Part shown: positions 20,034 to 31,900 of the stretch, piece after piece
Layout of the letters: every line of letters starts with the position of its first letter
Position numbering within the stretch: the first letter of the stretch is position 1
DNA from: Fibrobacteria bacterium
GTDB lineage: Bacteria; Fibrobacterota; Fibrobacteria; UBA11236
Direction: 5' to 3'
DNA: 64,000 nt
NCBI GenBank assembly: GCA_043745805.1
Contig: JAYTSD010000043.1
Location: 105,089 to 169,088 of the forward strand
The notes under the pieces: model-generated
The model's input: the letters and a program-made list of their open reading frames with translations, nothing else
Told to the model about the DNA's origin: nothing
The model's database searches: none
Position numbers and translations under genes: made by a program

Positions 20034-22670
20034 ATGTTTAACGAATCCGTAATACCTTTAAGAGAAATGGCTTTGAGTGAGCCTTTGGCGGCACGTGCGC
20101 GATTGATGATCGAGGCCAGCTCATCGAATGCTCCGAATGGTATTAAGCTCATTCGCGTAATATCGGTGAATACGGTAAAGGATGAAGCATGGATAGAACT
20201 GCATTTTTTTAATCTTAATTATTTATCCGCTATCGTTACAAAATATACAAATGATAAATCCTCGGCCCAAAAAATATTTCCTATTTCGGGTGGTTCAAGA
20301 ATTCGTGCTGGAGGAGCTTTAGGGCAGGTTCAGGTGGATAGTTCACTACTTGTGGCATCCCCTTCGATTGCAATGCCTACTGCGACAAAACCCATATTGA
20401 AACTTCGCATTCATCCTATTGGAGACTATTCAACGTATACCTTAGGGATTAGCGCGCTTCCGATTTCCGGATGGATATTCGATCCCTTATTTTCTGAGAT
20501 TCGATTAAAGTTTCGTCCAGGTTGTTTCAATACCAATTGCGCACCCGAATGGGATATGGCCTTACCTCCTTTACCTGAGCCAACCATTGATTATTTAGCC
20601 AAGGATTATGGGTCTTTTCGTCAAACCATGATAACCGCCATGATGGAGCGCGTTCCGGAATGGCAACCCACAAGTGAAGCGGATCTCGATATGGTGCTCG
20701 CGGAACTTTTTAGTGTAGCTGCGGATGAACTTAGTGATTATCAAGATCGAGTGATGAATGAAGCCTATATTGCTTCTGCACGTAAACGTGTTTCCATTGC
20801 ACGGCATGCACGCTTAATGGATTATCATATTCATCAAGGCAATCAAGCTTCTACATGGTTGGCCCTCGAAATTGAACATGATGGTATGGGACAAAAAATC
20901 TTTCAGCTTGTACAAGGGCTCAAGGTATGGGCAGGCGAAAGTAATAGTGAGTCGGATAAAGAAGTAATTGATAGTTCCGTGGTTTTTATGTCGCGCCATG
21001 AAACCCAAACGGTACATCAGTATTTAAATAATATGGGGCTTTATACTTGGAGTGATACCATTACTTCGCTTAAGGCAGGATGCACTCGCGCAGATATAAA
21101 ACTTTATGATAAACTTTATTTGCATAGTCCTGATGCACCCATTGAAATCATCACCAAAGCTGCCGCCAAAGAAATACAAGATTTAATACGTCATGGAAAT
21201 ATTAAGCACTTTGTCATTGAGGAACATTTAAATCCCGAGACGGGATTGTTGGCCGGACGCGATCCTTCAAAAAGACAATTACTAAAACTGATTTCTGGAG
21301 AGGATACAAATCAATCCGCTTTGGCCATGGAAGATCCTATTACCGGTGAATGGTTTGTGCGCATACATTGGGAAAAAGCGGATGCCTTACATCGCGATTA
21401 TTGTTTTAAAGTCCACTGTCCTTCGGGAAATTCCGGCACAGGTATCGGTGCAGTTAATAATATTTCTCTCTTTCATGGAAATTTGATTGAAATATTTCAC
21501 GGCCGAGAAAAGACTGTTCTTTTCAAGGATGAAAATGTTTTATTAGGCAATGATCCCAATAAATCTTATGAGTTTCATTATGAGCGAACACGCTGGGGAG
21601 CGCTTTGCCATATACCGGATACTTTTTTGGCCTATCGTAATACAGATCCTGGCGGTGACGTAGCACCACTGTCAACAATTAACTTAACGGTTGAATTTCT
21701 CTCGGGGCCATCCGATCCATGGAATGAGGTTCCAAGCCTTATTCATAGTGACAATTCGGGTGAAGGTGGCGACCATTTTGTGGTAGAAACCGATGAAAAT
21801 CATAAAAGCCTTATTCGTTTTGGTAATAATAAAAATGGCATGGAATTGCCCGATGAGGCGACGGTTACCGTGACCTATCAATATGGCGATCCTCGTGAAG
21901 GCAATATTGGCGCGGATCGAATTATGTACTTCGATATTTCGACTGTGAAGATTGATCCTGCGACTCCAACATTTCTTTTGCATAGTTGTTGGAATCCATT
22001 CGATGTGGTTAATGGACGTGATCGAGAGCCTTTAGCGGAAATTATTCGTCGCGTGCCCGAGGCTTATCGCCAAAGACAACTGCGCGCAGTGACGCTAAAC
22101 GATTATATTGCTCGGGCCGAAGAAATTGAAGGCGTTTCTCGCGCAGTGGCAAAATATGCGTGGACAGGAAGCTGGCGTACCGTGCAAGTTACCATCGATC
22201 CAATAGGAACGAATGAACTTTCGGAACCCCTGAGAAAGCAAATAGAGTCATATTTAAACGCGGTGCGTTTAATTGGTGAAGATCTCGAAGTGCGTCCGCC
22301 GAAATTTGTTCCCTTAGAAATTCAAGTCCATCTTTGCGCCAAGCCCGACGTTTGGATAGAAGATATTCGTTTTGTTTTGGAGCAAGAGTTTTCAGTAGGC
22401 TGGACGCCGGATGGCCGCATGGGATTTTTTCATCCTGATTTATGGACATTTGGCCAATCTCTTCATGCCAGTCAAATTATGGGCCGCGCTTTTACTGTTC
22501 AGGGAGTAGAACATATTATTAGTGTTTCTATTAAACGTTGGAATTCCCCCTTTCCTCCTGTCGAATCGCTAACTCAGGTGGATTTCAATGAGATTATTCA
22601 AGTACAAAATGATTCCGATCATATGGAATTAGGTACGATTACCTTTGCTATCAAAGGAGGTCGTCAATGA
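20034..22670 (+). CDS. Baseplate J-like protein 1 (Afp11-like)
   Basis: IDYLAKDYGSFR, YQDRVMNEAY, RFGNNKNG, RAVTLNDY, WTGSW. Confidence 0.92.
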   Translation: MFNESVIPLREMALSEPLAARARLMIEASSSNAPNGIKLIRVISVNTVKDEAWIELHFFNLNYLSAIVTKYTNDKSSAQKIFPISGGSRIRAGGALGQVQVDSSLLVASPSIAMPTATKPILKLRIHPIGDYSTYTLGISALPISGWIFDPLFSEIRLKFRPGCFNTNCAPEWDMALPPLPEPTIDYLAKDYGSFRQTMITAMMERVPEWQPTSEADLDMVLAELFSVAADELSDYQDRVMNEAYIASARKRVSIARHARLMDYHIHQGNQASTWLALEIEHDGMGQKIFQLVQGLKVWAGESNSESDKEVIDSSVVFMSRHETQTVHQYLNNMGLYTWSDTITSLKAGCTRADIKLYDKLYLHSPDAPIEIITKAAAKEIQDLIRHGNIKHFVIEEHLNPETGLLAGRDPSKRQLLKLISGEDTNQSALAMEDPITGEWFVRIHWEKADALHRDYCFKVHCPSGNSGTGIGAVNNISLFHGNLIEIFHGREKTVLFKDENVLLGNDPNKSYEFHYERTRWGALCHIPDTFLAYRNTDPGGDVAPLSTINLTVEFLSGPSDPWNEVPSLIHSDNSGEGGDHFVVETDENHKSLIRFGNNKNGMELPDEATVTVTYQYGDPREGNIGADRIMYFDISTVKIDPATPTFLLHSCWNPFDVVNGRDREPLAEIIRRVPEAYRQRQLRAVTLNDYIARAEEIEGVSRAVAKYAWTGSWRTVQVTIDPIGTNELSEPLRKQIESYLNAVRLIGEDLEVRPPKFVPLEIQVHLCAKPDVWIEDIRFVLEQEFSVGWTPDGRMGFFHPDLWTFGQSLHASQIMGRAFTVQGVEHIISVSIKRWNSPFPPVESLTQVDFNEIIQVQNDSDHMELGTITFAIKGGRQ

Positions 22671-25600
22671 GCGAAGACTCTTGTGAAAATGGTTGCGTAT
22701 TACCACTGTACTTTCCTCGCCGTCCAGGTGAGAATCCACCGACTCTGCATGCTAAGGATTGTCCCTGTTGCAGCCCCGAAAATCAAATCGGATCCGACAT
22801 TAGCTCGGACAATAGACCTGCATTATCGCATTTCAACTATCGAATTGGTTCTTATGGAACCATACGTGAATGGTTATTTCATCAAATAAATCAAACTCCT
22901 AATCTCAAGAATTGGACGCATCGCGCTTCGGATGATCCGGCCATTGCTTTGTTGGAAGGCGCCTCCATTCTTGGAGATATTCTCACTTTTTATCAGGAAA
23001 CTTATGCCAATGAAGCTTTTTTAAGAACAGCAAAGTGGCGGGAGAGTATTTCCGATTTGGTGCGCTTATTGGGTTATAGACTTTCGCCGGCCATTGGCGG
23101 CAATGCAACCTTTGCTTTTGAAATTAAGAAACCGGAACCTGTTGTCATCCCGAAAGGATTCCCTCTCAAAGCGACTTTAAAAGAAATTGCTCAACCTTCC
23201 ATTTTTGAAACCAAAGAAGAAGTTAAAGCCTATCCTTGGCTGAATCGCTTCAATTTATTTAAGCCCTTGGATGAGGGTGATATTAGCCCTGCTACGACTG
23301 AGTTTTATATTACTTATCCCGAACAACTTTTAATGCCCATTGATCTTAAAGTAGGTGATCGGTTACTGGTTGGGGATCCCGATATTTCGGCTATTTTTGG
23401 AGCAAGTGTTTTTTCGAATGCGGAAATAGTAATTGTCGATTCCATCACGGAATTACATGGACTTAAGACTTATAAAATCAAGGGTAACCTAAAGCGTACT
23501 TCAAATATAGGCGCATTTTATGCCTTTCGTTTAGGACGAACCTTTCATCATTTTGGACATAATGGTCCCTTACAAATAGTTGATAAATCAAAACCGATTA
23601 AATCCACTTCTAAATCTACTTCTGAAACGAATTCAGCTCCGGCAAAAATGGAATCTTCTTCAAAGGTTCCTTATTTAAATGTCCCGTTTACTCGTCCGAT
23701 TAAAACCGATTCAGGCATTTTTTCAAATTCGGTTATAAGTCCATCGATAGGTGATGATGAATTTCCTTTAGACTCGGAAGTACAAGATATCCCCAGCAAT
23801 GCAGCCGTAATTATTCAGACACGTATTGCCTATCCGGGTGAAACGGATATTGCAAAATATACGGACTTTCAAACCTTAATTCGTTCCATTAAAAGAATTG
23901 ATTCTACTACTATGACTTGGGGTGGAATTTCAAGAACAGTCAGTAAGCTTAAAGTATCAGGTCCGGTTTCGGACTCTATTGGAATCGGTGATATAAATTT
24001 AATTAATGCCGCAATAAATACTGCGAACGTAGCAAATACTAATTCCAATAATGCCAGCTATGCAGCTATCCAAGCCCGAGACATTGCGAAAAATGCTAAA
24101 GCCGCTGCCGCTGCTGCGGCAATTGATGCTACTGATGCCGATAATGAGGTGATTTCAAAAAAGGCTGAATTTGCCACTGCTGAATCTAAAGCCGCGACAT
24201 TAGCCGTTGCTGCTGCGGTTGCAGGCACTGCTCTAAAAGATAATACTACTGATTTACGAGCGCGGGATGCTGTTTTAAAAGCGCAGGATGCCGTTAATGC
24301 TATCAACACAGCTCAAGGCTCAACTAATATTGCATCTTTATCTGCCTCTTCATCAAAACAATATTGGGATTCGCTTACTACTCCTGGTGCCGTGGCTGGT
24401 CAAATAGGGCTTTCATTACTTATTCCGTGTGGACCATTTGCCGCTGGGTTCGCATTAACGGTTGCTGGAAAAGCCAAAAATCTAGCAATAATCGTTTCTC
24501 AAAACGTAACTACGGCAAAAGGAAAAGTTGACCTTGCTAAATCAGCAGCAGATGATTCAAAAAGAGCAGTCGACGCTGTTGCTGCTGCCGCAGCTGCAGA
24601 CGTCGATGCCAAAGCACGTTATGATAAAGCCAAGGATGTTGCGGATAAAGCCGAAATTGCAGTTACTACTGCAAAAAATGATGTTACTACATCACAAACA
24701 AAAGCAGATACCGCTCATGCAAAAGCAATTCAACTTGCTCAGGATGTTGAAGGTGCAGAAGTACTTGCAGAGATGGCGGAAGACTTGGCTGAAATTACGG
24801 CCGAAATCGCAGCTCTCAAAGAAGCGATTAAGGTAACGCGCTTGTATATTGGTGATGCACTTCTGCATGAAGTAACAAGCCCCTTATTCACATTAAAGCG
24901 AGCAAAAAAAGAAACCTCTTTAATATCGTTTAATACACTCAATTTTTATGGCACGGTAGAGGAAGTAAATTCCCTCAAAGGCCGAAGAATACTTTTGGAA
25001 AAAAAGGACCAAGCTCCTAAGGTATTGAATGTAGCGGAAGTAAATTCACTTTCGGCTAATGGAACAGAAATGCTCTCGCAACTTCATGAAATTGAACTTT
25101 CAGAGTCTGTGACCTATAGCGATTTTCCCAATATAAATCCAATAGTTACGGTTTTTGGTAATCTGGTTGAGGCTAATGAAGGCAAAACCGTTCCCGAAGT
25201 AGTTCTGGGTAACGGTGATGCTACTCTAGTATTTCAGAACTTTAAACTTCCTAAAACACCGTTGACTTATCACTTAAGACCTGACAACACACCTACTGAA
25301 ACGCCGGAAGCGCAAATCTATGTAGATGGGCGCATGTGGGTAAAAGTGGACAGCTTTTTTGGACGAAGCGCTAAGGAACAAATTTATATCATTCGTGAAG
25401 ATGCTGAAGGCAATAGCTGGGTGCAATTTGGCGATGGTAAAACAGGTGCAAGATTGAGTTACGGTAATAGTAATGTTACGGCCATTTATCGCCTCGGGGC
25501 AGGATCTTTTGGACCTTTAAAAGAGGATACCAAGATTCAGGCTTTAGCTAAGCTCAAGAATCTGGATAAAATTCAGATGTTAGATGTCGTCTCGGGTGGT

Positions 25601-26269
25601 GTTGCGCCGGAGGACGGTGAAAATGCGCGTTATGCAGCCCCAGCAAAGGTGCAAAGTCTTGGACGCATAGTCAGTATTAAAGATTTTGAAGCCGAGGCGG
25701 CTGCTATTCCAGGTGTGGATAGAGTCTCCGCAGCATGGCAATTGGTAGAAAATATTCCTGCCGTAGTGATAACGGTTTTGATGGCAACTGGACGCCATGC
25801 CGAATTTGAGTCTGTCCGTAATACGCTGATTACTTTTAATTCGCTTCGCGGTGCAGGACGAACTTCTATTATCGTTGCAGAAGGAAAACGAATGTATGTT
25901 ACCGCTTCACTTCAATATATGCTGCAATCGGGATATAGAGCGGACTTAGTGGAGCCAGAAATTCGGCGCGCCTTAGGGGTAAATTTTGCGCGGACAATGG
26001 GGAAAGAGGATCAAACGGGAATTTTTAGTTTGCAGCAAAGGAATTTTGGCGCGCGAGAATATGCTTCCTCTCTCGAAGGAATGATGCAAAATATTGCGGG
26101 TGTATTATGGGCGGAGAGCAAAGCCTTTACCGAGCTCATGGAAAGTGACAGTCCTGAAGAAATAATGTTACCCATAAATTCGGAACTAAAACCCATTGTG
26201 CCTTGTAATTCCAAAAATATTCTTAGTCTCTATGACAAACATTTATTCTTAACAGCAGTAAGCGCATAG
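22667..26269 (+). CDS. Baseplate J-like protein 2 with large Ala-rich helical insertion
   Basis: DDPAIALLE, DILTFYQE..ANEAFLRTA, LVRLLGY, QFGDGKTGARL, RIVSIKDFE; insertion at ~24001-24835. Confidence 0.92.
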   Translation: MSEDSCENGCVLPLYFPRRPGENPPTLHAKDCPCCSPENQIGSDISSDNRPALSHFNYRIGSYGTIREWLFHQINQTPNLKNWTHRASDDPAIALLEGASILGDILTFYQETYANEAFLRTAKWRESISDLVRLLGYRLSPAIGGNATFAFEIKKPEPVVIPKGFPLKATLKEIAQPSIFETKEEVKAYPWLNRFNLFKPLDEGDISPATTEFYITYPEQLLMPIDLKVGDRLLVGDPDISAIFGASVFSNAEIVIVDSITELHGLKTYKIKGNLKRTSNIGAFYAFRLGRTFHHFGHNGPLQIVDKSKPIKSTSKSTSETNSAPAKMESSSKVPYLNVPFTRPIKTDSGIFSNSVISPSIGDDEFPLDSEVQDIPSNAAVIIQTRIAYPGETDIAKYTDFQTLIRSIKRIDSTTMTWGGISRTVSKLKVSGPVSDSIGIGDINLINAAINTANVANTNSNNASYAAIQARDIAKNAKAAAAAAAIDATDADNEVISKKAEFATAESKAATLAVAAAVAGTALKDNTTDLRARDAVLKAQDAVNAINTAQGSTNIASLSASSSKQYWDSLTTPGAVAGQIGLSLLIPCGPFAAGFALTVAGKAKNLAIIVSQNVTTAKGKVDLAKSAADDSKRAVDAVAAAAAADVDAKARYDKAKDVADKAEIAVTTAKNDVTTSQTKADTAHAKAIQLAQDVEGAEVLAEMAEDLAEITAEIAALKEAIKVTRLYIGDALLHEVTSPLFTLKRAKKETSLISFNTLNFYGTVEEVNSLKGRRILLEKKDQAPKVLNVAEVNSLSANGTEMLSQLHEIELSESVTYSDFPNINPIVTVFGNLVEANEGKTVPEVVLGNGDATLVFQNFKLPKTPLTYHLRPDNTPTETPEAQIYVDGRMWVKVDSFFGRSAKEQIYIIREDAEGNSWVQFGDGKTGARLSYGNSNVTAIYRLGAGSFGPLKEDTKIQALAKLKNLDKIQMLDVVSGGVAPEDGENARYAAPAKVQSLGRIVSIKDFEAEAAAIPGVDRVSAAWQLVENIPAVVITVLMATGRHAEFESVRNTLITFNSLRGAGRTSIIVAEGKRMYVTASLQYMLQSGYRADLVEPEIRRALGVNFARTMGKEDQTGIFSLQQRNFGAREYASSLEGMMQNIAGVLWAESKAFTELMESDSPEEIMLPINSELKPIVPCNSKNILSLYDKHLFLTAVSA

Positions 26270-26273
26270 GGTA

Positions 26274-28922
26274 ATGGATATGACAAAGCATAAACGCGTA
26301 GAACTTTATCGTCGCCTTCCGGAAATTTACCGAATTAAAGATGAAGGTTTACCCGAAAATTTTCTTTATGCAGGAGAGCCGGTTGAAGCTTTTCAATTGC
26401 GCAGCTATCTCGCACCTGTCGAAGATATGTTTTCGGCTATTCATGAAAATATTGAATCGCTCTATCATGATTTAAGCATCGAAACCTGTGATGATTGGGT
26501 GATTCCTTATATTGCCGACCTTTTAGGTGCTAGTCATTTATCGGGAGACCCATGGACATTGCGTGCCGATGTCGCGGATACCATTGCTCTTCGCCGTCGC
26601 AAGGGTACTCTGGGTGCTATCGAATTATTGGCTTTTATTTTGACGAAATGGGGTGTGCATTCCGTTGAGTTAATGGAAAACTTAATTTGGAATCAATCTC
26701 TCAATCATCAGCGCCCTGATGAAGGCGGAACACCGCCTTATAGTTTACCGAAGTATTTGCGTACCGCACCGATTCGTGGGGGCACGGTTAATTTACGCGA
26801 TCCATCTTTATTAGCGCAATTGAATACACCCTTTGATCCTTTTGCGCATGTGGTGGATGTGCAACCGCATGCAACAGGACAGGTTCGCTACAACCTTCCC
26901 AATCTGGCAATTTATTTTTGGCGCTTAAAAAGTTATCGCCTAAATGCTATAAAGCCACTCACGCGAATAGTAACACCGGTATCAGGTGCAGCACGTGTAG
27001 TACGTGTTAACATAGATCCTATGCCAATTAATAATCTTTCGTTCCCCTATGTTAAACCTGCCAATACACCAGCAGGAAGACCCATAACGCTTTTCAACAA
27101 TAGTCGCCTAGATTTATTTAATCAACGTCGTACGGGAACCGATAAATTGAATCTTGCTGCTATTGCACCGCGCATTTCTTCGGTCGATCAGGTTGCTGGT
27201 CCCATTCCAGTTGAGCGCTTATCCGATTTCGATATTGCCCAAGCTTACGATGACTCATTAGCTTCAGCAATGCCACAAAGCTTATCCGTGTTTACTGAAG
27301 CATCTTTTACCGCACCTCAGGAATATATCTCTATTGCAAGTTATGATGAAACAAAACCGCTACTTAATACCTTAAATATTTCTGATCAAGGATTACAGTT
27401 ACATATTCCCCATTTAACTTTTCCGAATCAAGGTTGGCCACATACCACTCTCCCTCGTAATTGGACTATACGAGGAGAAAATTTATGCGCTTGGGAAAAA
27501 GGATTACAGCCACCCTTAAAAGATCGTGAAATTGCTATTGATCCGCTTCGTGGCCGTATTTGCATGGGCGTATCAACTGATACACAAGCCAACGCTTTGC
27601 TTAATGATTTGTTGCTCACCTTTTCTTATGGAGCGGTGGGCGAGGTGGGCGCGCATCCTATTGAGTATCCAGAGTTACCCCATGATTTTAATCATAAGTT
27701 GAATCCCTCTGTAATTTATAAGTCCGTGAATTTTCGTCAAGGGCCGAGTTTACAAAAGGCTTTAGAGGAAGCACTTAAAGAAGCTCAGCAAAAAGTGAAT
27801 ATCGATCCGATGAGTCTAGGCAATGTACCTATTGTCATAGAAATTACCGATAACTTTACCCATAGCCTAAATATTTCTGCCATTCCCGTACTTGATCTTA
27901 CAACTATTATTGAAGCGGGAATGACCAGCATTAAACTTAATGCGTCGCTAATCATTCGTTCAGCAGATGGGCAAAGGCCCATTATCGAACTTGGCCAGCC
28001 GCTTGCATTTCGTCCGGCACAAGTTCTTGGGGCTAATACAACCCAGCAATTGCAATTTGATGCGGTGATGGACGCATTGTTCGTAAGACTCGAAGGATTA
28101 TATATTGCGCGTGGATTGAAATATGCGGCAGGACTTCCACTTTTAGCGCGTGCTGCACTTAATAAGTTGGAAATTTTAAACTGTACGCTTGATCCTGGTG
28201 GCTTCAGTCGCCTTGATAAATCGCGTGCTCCGCTATTATCGGGGATAAGAATATTTGCAAACTATGGTTTTGATACCCTTAATGAAAAACTCAAATTTAA
28301 GCAGGTGCCAGAAATTATTATTCAGCGTTCCATTTGCGGTGCAATTTTTACGGATGAGGGATATCGACTTTGCCTAAGCGATTCGATTATCGAATCTATT
28401 CCCATAGAAGTTACCCTTAGTGGAGGTAGCAAACGAATGGAGTCCTTTGCTATTGCAGGTGCAGCCAATATTGTGAAGGAATATGCTGGAGAAATTATTA
28501 TTAATTGTGTAACTATTTTGGGTCGAGTGCGCGCTTCCAATATTAAAGGCTACGGTGGAATTTTTAAAAATGTACTCGAAGTTTTTGATGAGCAAAGTGG
28601 CTGCTTAAAATATAGCTACTTCGCGGATGATTCGAAAAGTCCTGCATCACCCGATGAAATTAAAAATCGATTACCACAACATTTTGCTTGCGTTATGGGT
28701 AAAGATGCGAAATTAATATTTACGAGTGAAATTTTTGGTGAAGCCGCCTATTGTCAACTTTCGCTTGAATGTGATACACGCATTTTAGAAGAAGGCGTGG
28801 GCAATGATCAAATGGGAGCTTTTAATTTTCAATTAGAAGCCCATAAATGGCGCAATTTAAAAATCAGATTTCGAGAATTTATGCCGGTTGGAATCAGACC
28901 GCTTTTGATTCCAATTAATTAG
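26274..28922 (+). CDS. Baseplate/tail protein (P2 gpI-like N-terminus; Afp12-like)
   Basis: LYRRLPEIYRIKD, IETCDDWVIPYIADLLG, RRRKGT, IDPLRGR, GCLKYSY, QMGAF. Confidence 0.85.
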   Translation: MDMTKHKRVELYRRLPEIYRIKDEGLPENFLYAGEPVEAFQLRSYLAPVEDMFSAIHENIESLYHDLSIETCDDWVIPYIADLLGASHLSGDPWTLRADVADTIALRRRKGTLGAIELLAFILTKWGVHSVELMENLIWNQSLNHQRPDEGGTPPYSLPKYLRTAPIRGGTVNLRDPSLLAQLNTPFDPFAHVVDVQPHATGQVRYNLPNLAIYFWRLKSYRLNAIKPLTRIVTPVSGAARVVRVNIDPMPINNLSFPYVKPANTPAGRPITLFNNSRLDLFNQRRTGTDKLNLAAIAPRISSVDQVAGPIPVERLSDFDIAQAYDDSLASAMPQSLSVFTEASFTAPQEYISIASYDETKPLLNTLNISDQGLQLHIPHLTFPNQGWPHTTLPRNWTIRGENLCAWEKGLQPPLKDREIAIDPLRGRICMGVSTDTQANALLNDLLLTFSYGAVGEVGAHPIEYPELPHDFNHKLNPSVIYKSVNFRQGPSLQKALEEALKEAQQKVNIDPMSLGNVPIVIEITDNFTHSLNISAIPVLDLTTIIEAGMTSIKLNASLIIRSADGQRPIIELGQPLAFRPAQVLGANTTQQLQFDAVMDALFVRLEGLYIARGLKYAAGLPLLARAALNKLEILNCTLDPGGFSRLDKSRAPLLSGIRIFANYGFDTLNEKLKFKQVPEIIIQRSICGAIFTDEGYRLCLSDSIIESIPIEVTLSGGSKRMESFAIAGAANIVKEYAGEIIINCVTILGRVRASNIKGYGGIFKNVLEVFDEQSGCLKYSYFADDSKSPASPDEIKNRLPQHFACVMGKDAKLIFTSEIFGEAAYCQLSLECDTRILEEGVGNDQMGAFNFQLEAHKWRNLKIRFREFMPVGIRPLLIPIN

Positions 28923-28934
28923 AAAGAGGATAAG

Positions 28935-31900
28935 ATGAAAGGTGATTTTTCCGCTTGGAATAAAGACCGAGCTCAGAACTTTAGAGGAGTACTTCATCAA
29001 CAAGGAAGAGTATTACTCGACCGTGATTGGAATGCACAAACTGAAATATTCAATGAATGGCAGGAAACCGCTGGTAGAGATGCTTTTGGCGCAGGCGTCG
29101 CCGCCGTACCCGCTGAAGTCTCACAAAGTTTTAAAATAACCGAAGCCAAAATAGAATCTGGAAAAATCAAGATTTCCGCCAATAAGGGGCGAGTATGGGC
29201 AGATGGTTTATTAGTAGAATCATTACAAGATATTACTAATCGTATTGCCACCTATTTAAATCTTCCTCCCGCTTCCGTTCCCAATCCTGCGGCGCATCAA
29301 CGTGACACGGTGATACTGGAAACATGGATGGACGCTTTGAATCCTTTTCAAGTCCCCTCTTTACTGATTGAGCCCGCATTGGGTGGTGTCGATACTACAG
29401 AGCGTGTACTTACCTCCACACGATTTCGACTATTTCGAATGGAAGCTGGGGAAACATGTGATTCTATTATCCCTATGCTTAAAGATGATTTTTCGGCAAA
29501 AGGTAAGCTTACGGTTAAGCTTAATCCAAATACCAGTACCGATGGCGATTGCCCAGTTATAGAAAGCGGTGGTTATACAGGATTTGAACATCGACTATAT
29601 CGCATTGAAATTGCTGAAACCAAAAAGCCCGACGCTTATTTTAAGTGGTCGCAATTTAATGGCGGATTGGTCGGCACAGGCGACTTTGATGTAGTTAACC
29701 GGAAAGTGACTCTTCATGGAAACATCAATGCCATACAACATTCCGGCCTTAAAGATTTTTATCTCGAAGCATTAGAATTCGATGCGACATTGGGGGCCTG
29801 GAATGTGGCGTATGCGGCTAAGGCTACACTTGGCCCAGATCATTTGTTGACCTTACCTGCTGATGGCGTGGCAGATGAATTTTTAGGAAAAATGATGTCG
29901 GGAAGAAAGTTTTTTCGACTTTGGAATGGGATAGCCGCGATAGCCAATTTTGCTGCTGCGGATAAGGACTTACCGGATTTGGTAGGAATCAAATTGAAAT
30001 TTGATTCGGTTTTGGCGAATAAATATACTCCAGCCGATTTTTGGACCTTTGAAGTTCGTGCTGGTGGATTAGGAAATCCTGCGGTATTGTTGGGTGATCC
30101 TGTCACCTTTGCAGGTTCGCCACCGCAGGGTATTTTTTATCATCGTGTGCCTTTAGCAGAGCTAATGTGGACTAGTAATGTCATTACTGGAGATCAAATT
30201 GAAGATTGTCGTCGTGTTTTTCAACCGCTGACAAAACAAAAAACATGCTGCACCTATCGAGTCGGTGACGGTATTCATTCGCATGGTGATTTTACCAAAA
30301 TTCAGGATGCCATCAACGCACTTCCAAAAAAAGAAGGTGGAGAAGTATGCGTGTTACCTGGCTATTATGAAGAAAATATCGAAATTAAAGCGCCGCATAA
30401 TCGAAATATTATTCTCAAGGGATGCGGGCCTCGCACCGTTATTCAATTTAAAACCAATGCTCCTGTGATTCATATACATTATGGACAAAATATTAGGATT
30501 GAATCGCTGGCCATTGTGGCTCATGATGAGGGGATGGGGATTTTTCTTGAAGGCGAAGAGAAATCGGCTAACCATAAAAATAGCGAGAAATATTTGAAGG
30601 ATATTGTGCTAACCGAGTTATTTGTGAAAGCGGTAAAGAATTCTGCCATCAAAGGGCATCTAGCTCAATTTCTTACGCTCAGTAATTCCATTATACATAT
30701 TAAAGATTTTGAAACAAAAAAAGTGGCTGTGTATTTGGCCGGCGATGATATGTTAATTGAACGGTCGGAGATTCGTGTTCTCCCCGAAGTCATTACATCA
30801 CAGGATAATAAAACTAAAATTAGTTTCGATTTATTGAACAAAGTAAACGAGATGGGTAATAATTCTCTCGAAGTTGAAAATGTTGGAATTCGTTCTCGAG
30901 GTGGAATCAGCGATCCATTTGGTGTCGAATCGAATGCCAAATCTGGTAAAACTCTTCCTTCTGATGCTGAAAAGAAACAAAGTGGTAATACAGATATTTT
31001 AAATGATTTGGATTTTTTGTTACCCTCCCAGGGTGCCGCGGGTGGCCTACAAATCGGAGGTGGCTCGGATCGTGTTCGTATTATTGATAACCTTATTGTT
31101 AGTGGAACTGGAAACGGAATCACTTTAGGAAGTATTGACTTAATAAAAAATCAGGTAGTCATTACTAATCATGATCCCATCGAGCCAAAAAATCCAAAAA
31201 AAGATTGTTGCTTTCCAGATACCGGAATCGTTGATGAGGGCGATGTCACAGTCGAAGGTGCAAAACAAGTCGCAGGTCCTCCACTAAGCGATATTTTAAT
31301 TAAAGATAATCGCATCTTTAATATGGGCCGTAATGGAATCGGTGTGGTTGCTTTTTTTAGTCTGGGTGAATTGGATATTAAGATTAAGGATAAAATAGAT
31401 CTTAAGGATAAGAATTCGGTAATGGGTTTAGTTTCAGTAACTCGGCTTAAAATCATCGAAAATCGTATTGAACAATGTATGAATATTTCAATTGGCGACA
31501 TTCCCGAAAAATTCAAATGGAAAATTGGTTATGGGGGAATTTCCCTTGCTAATACCGAAACCTTGGTGATACGTGATAATACGATAGTTAATAATGGGCC
31601 AGATTTTTTAGAGCCGATTTGTGGCATTTTTATATTGTCGGGTGAAGGGATAGAAATATCTCGCAATCATATTTTGAACAATGGTATTGCTAATGAAAAA
31701 GAGGTAACTAGTAAATCTGTAAAAAGTGGCCCTCGCGGTGGAATTTTCATTGCCCGTGCTCGCCAATCTAATATTGAGTTACAGCAGGGTTTCGCTCATA
31801 AATCGAATTTTACTCGTGATTTTCCTGCCGCAAAGATTCAAGAAAATATTGTTTCCGCTCCCCTCGGGAGAAGTTTAACGCTTTTTGCAGATGGCGCGGT

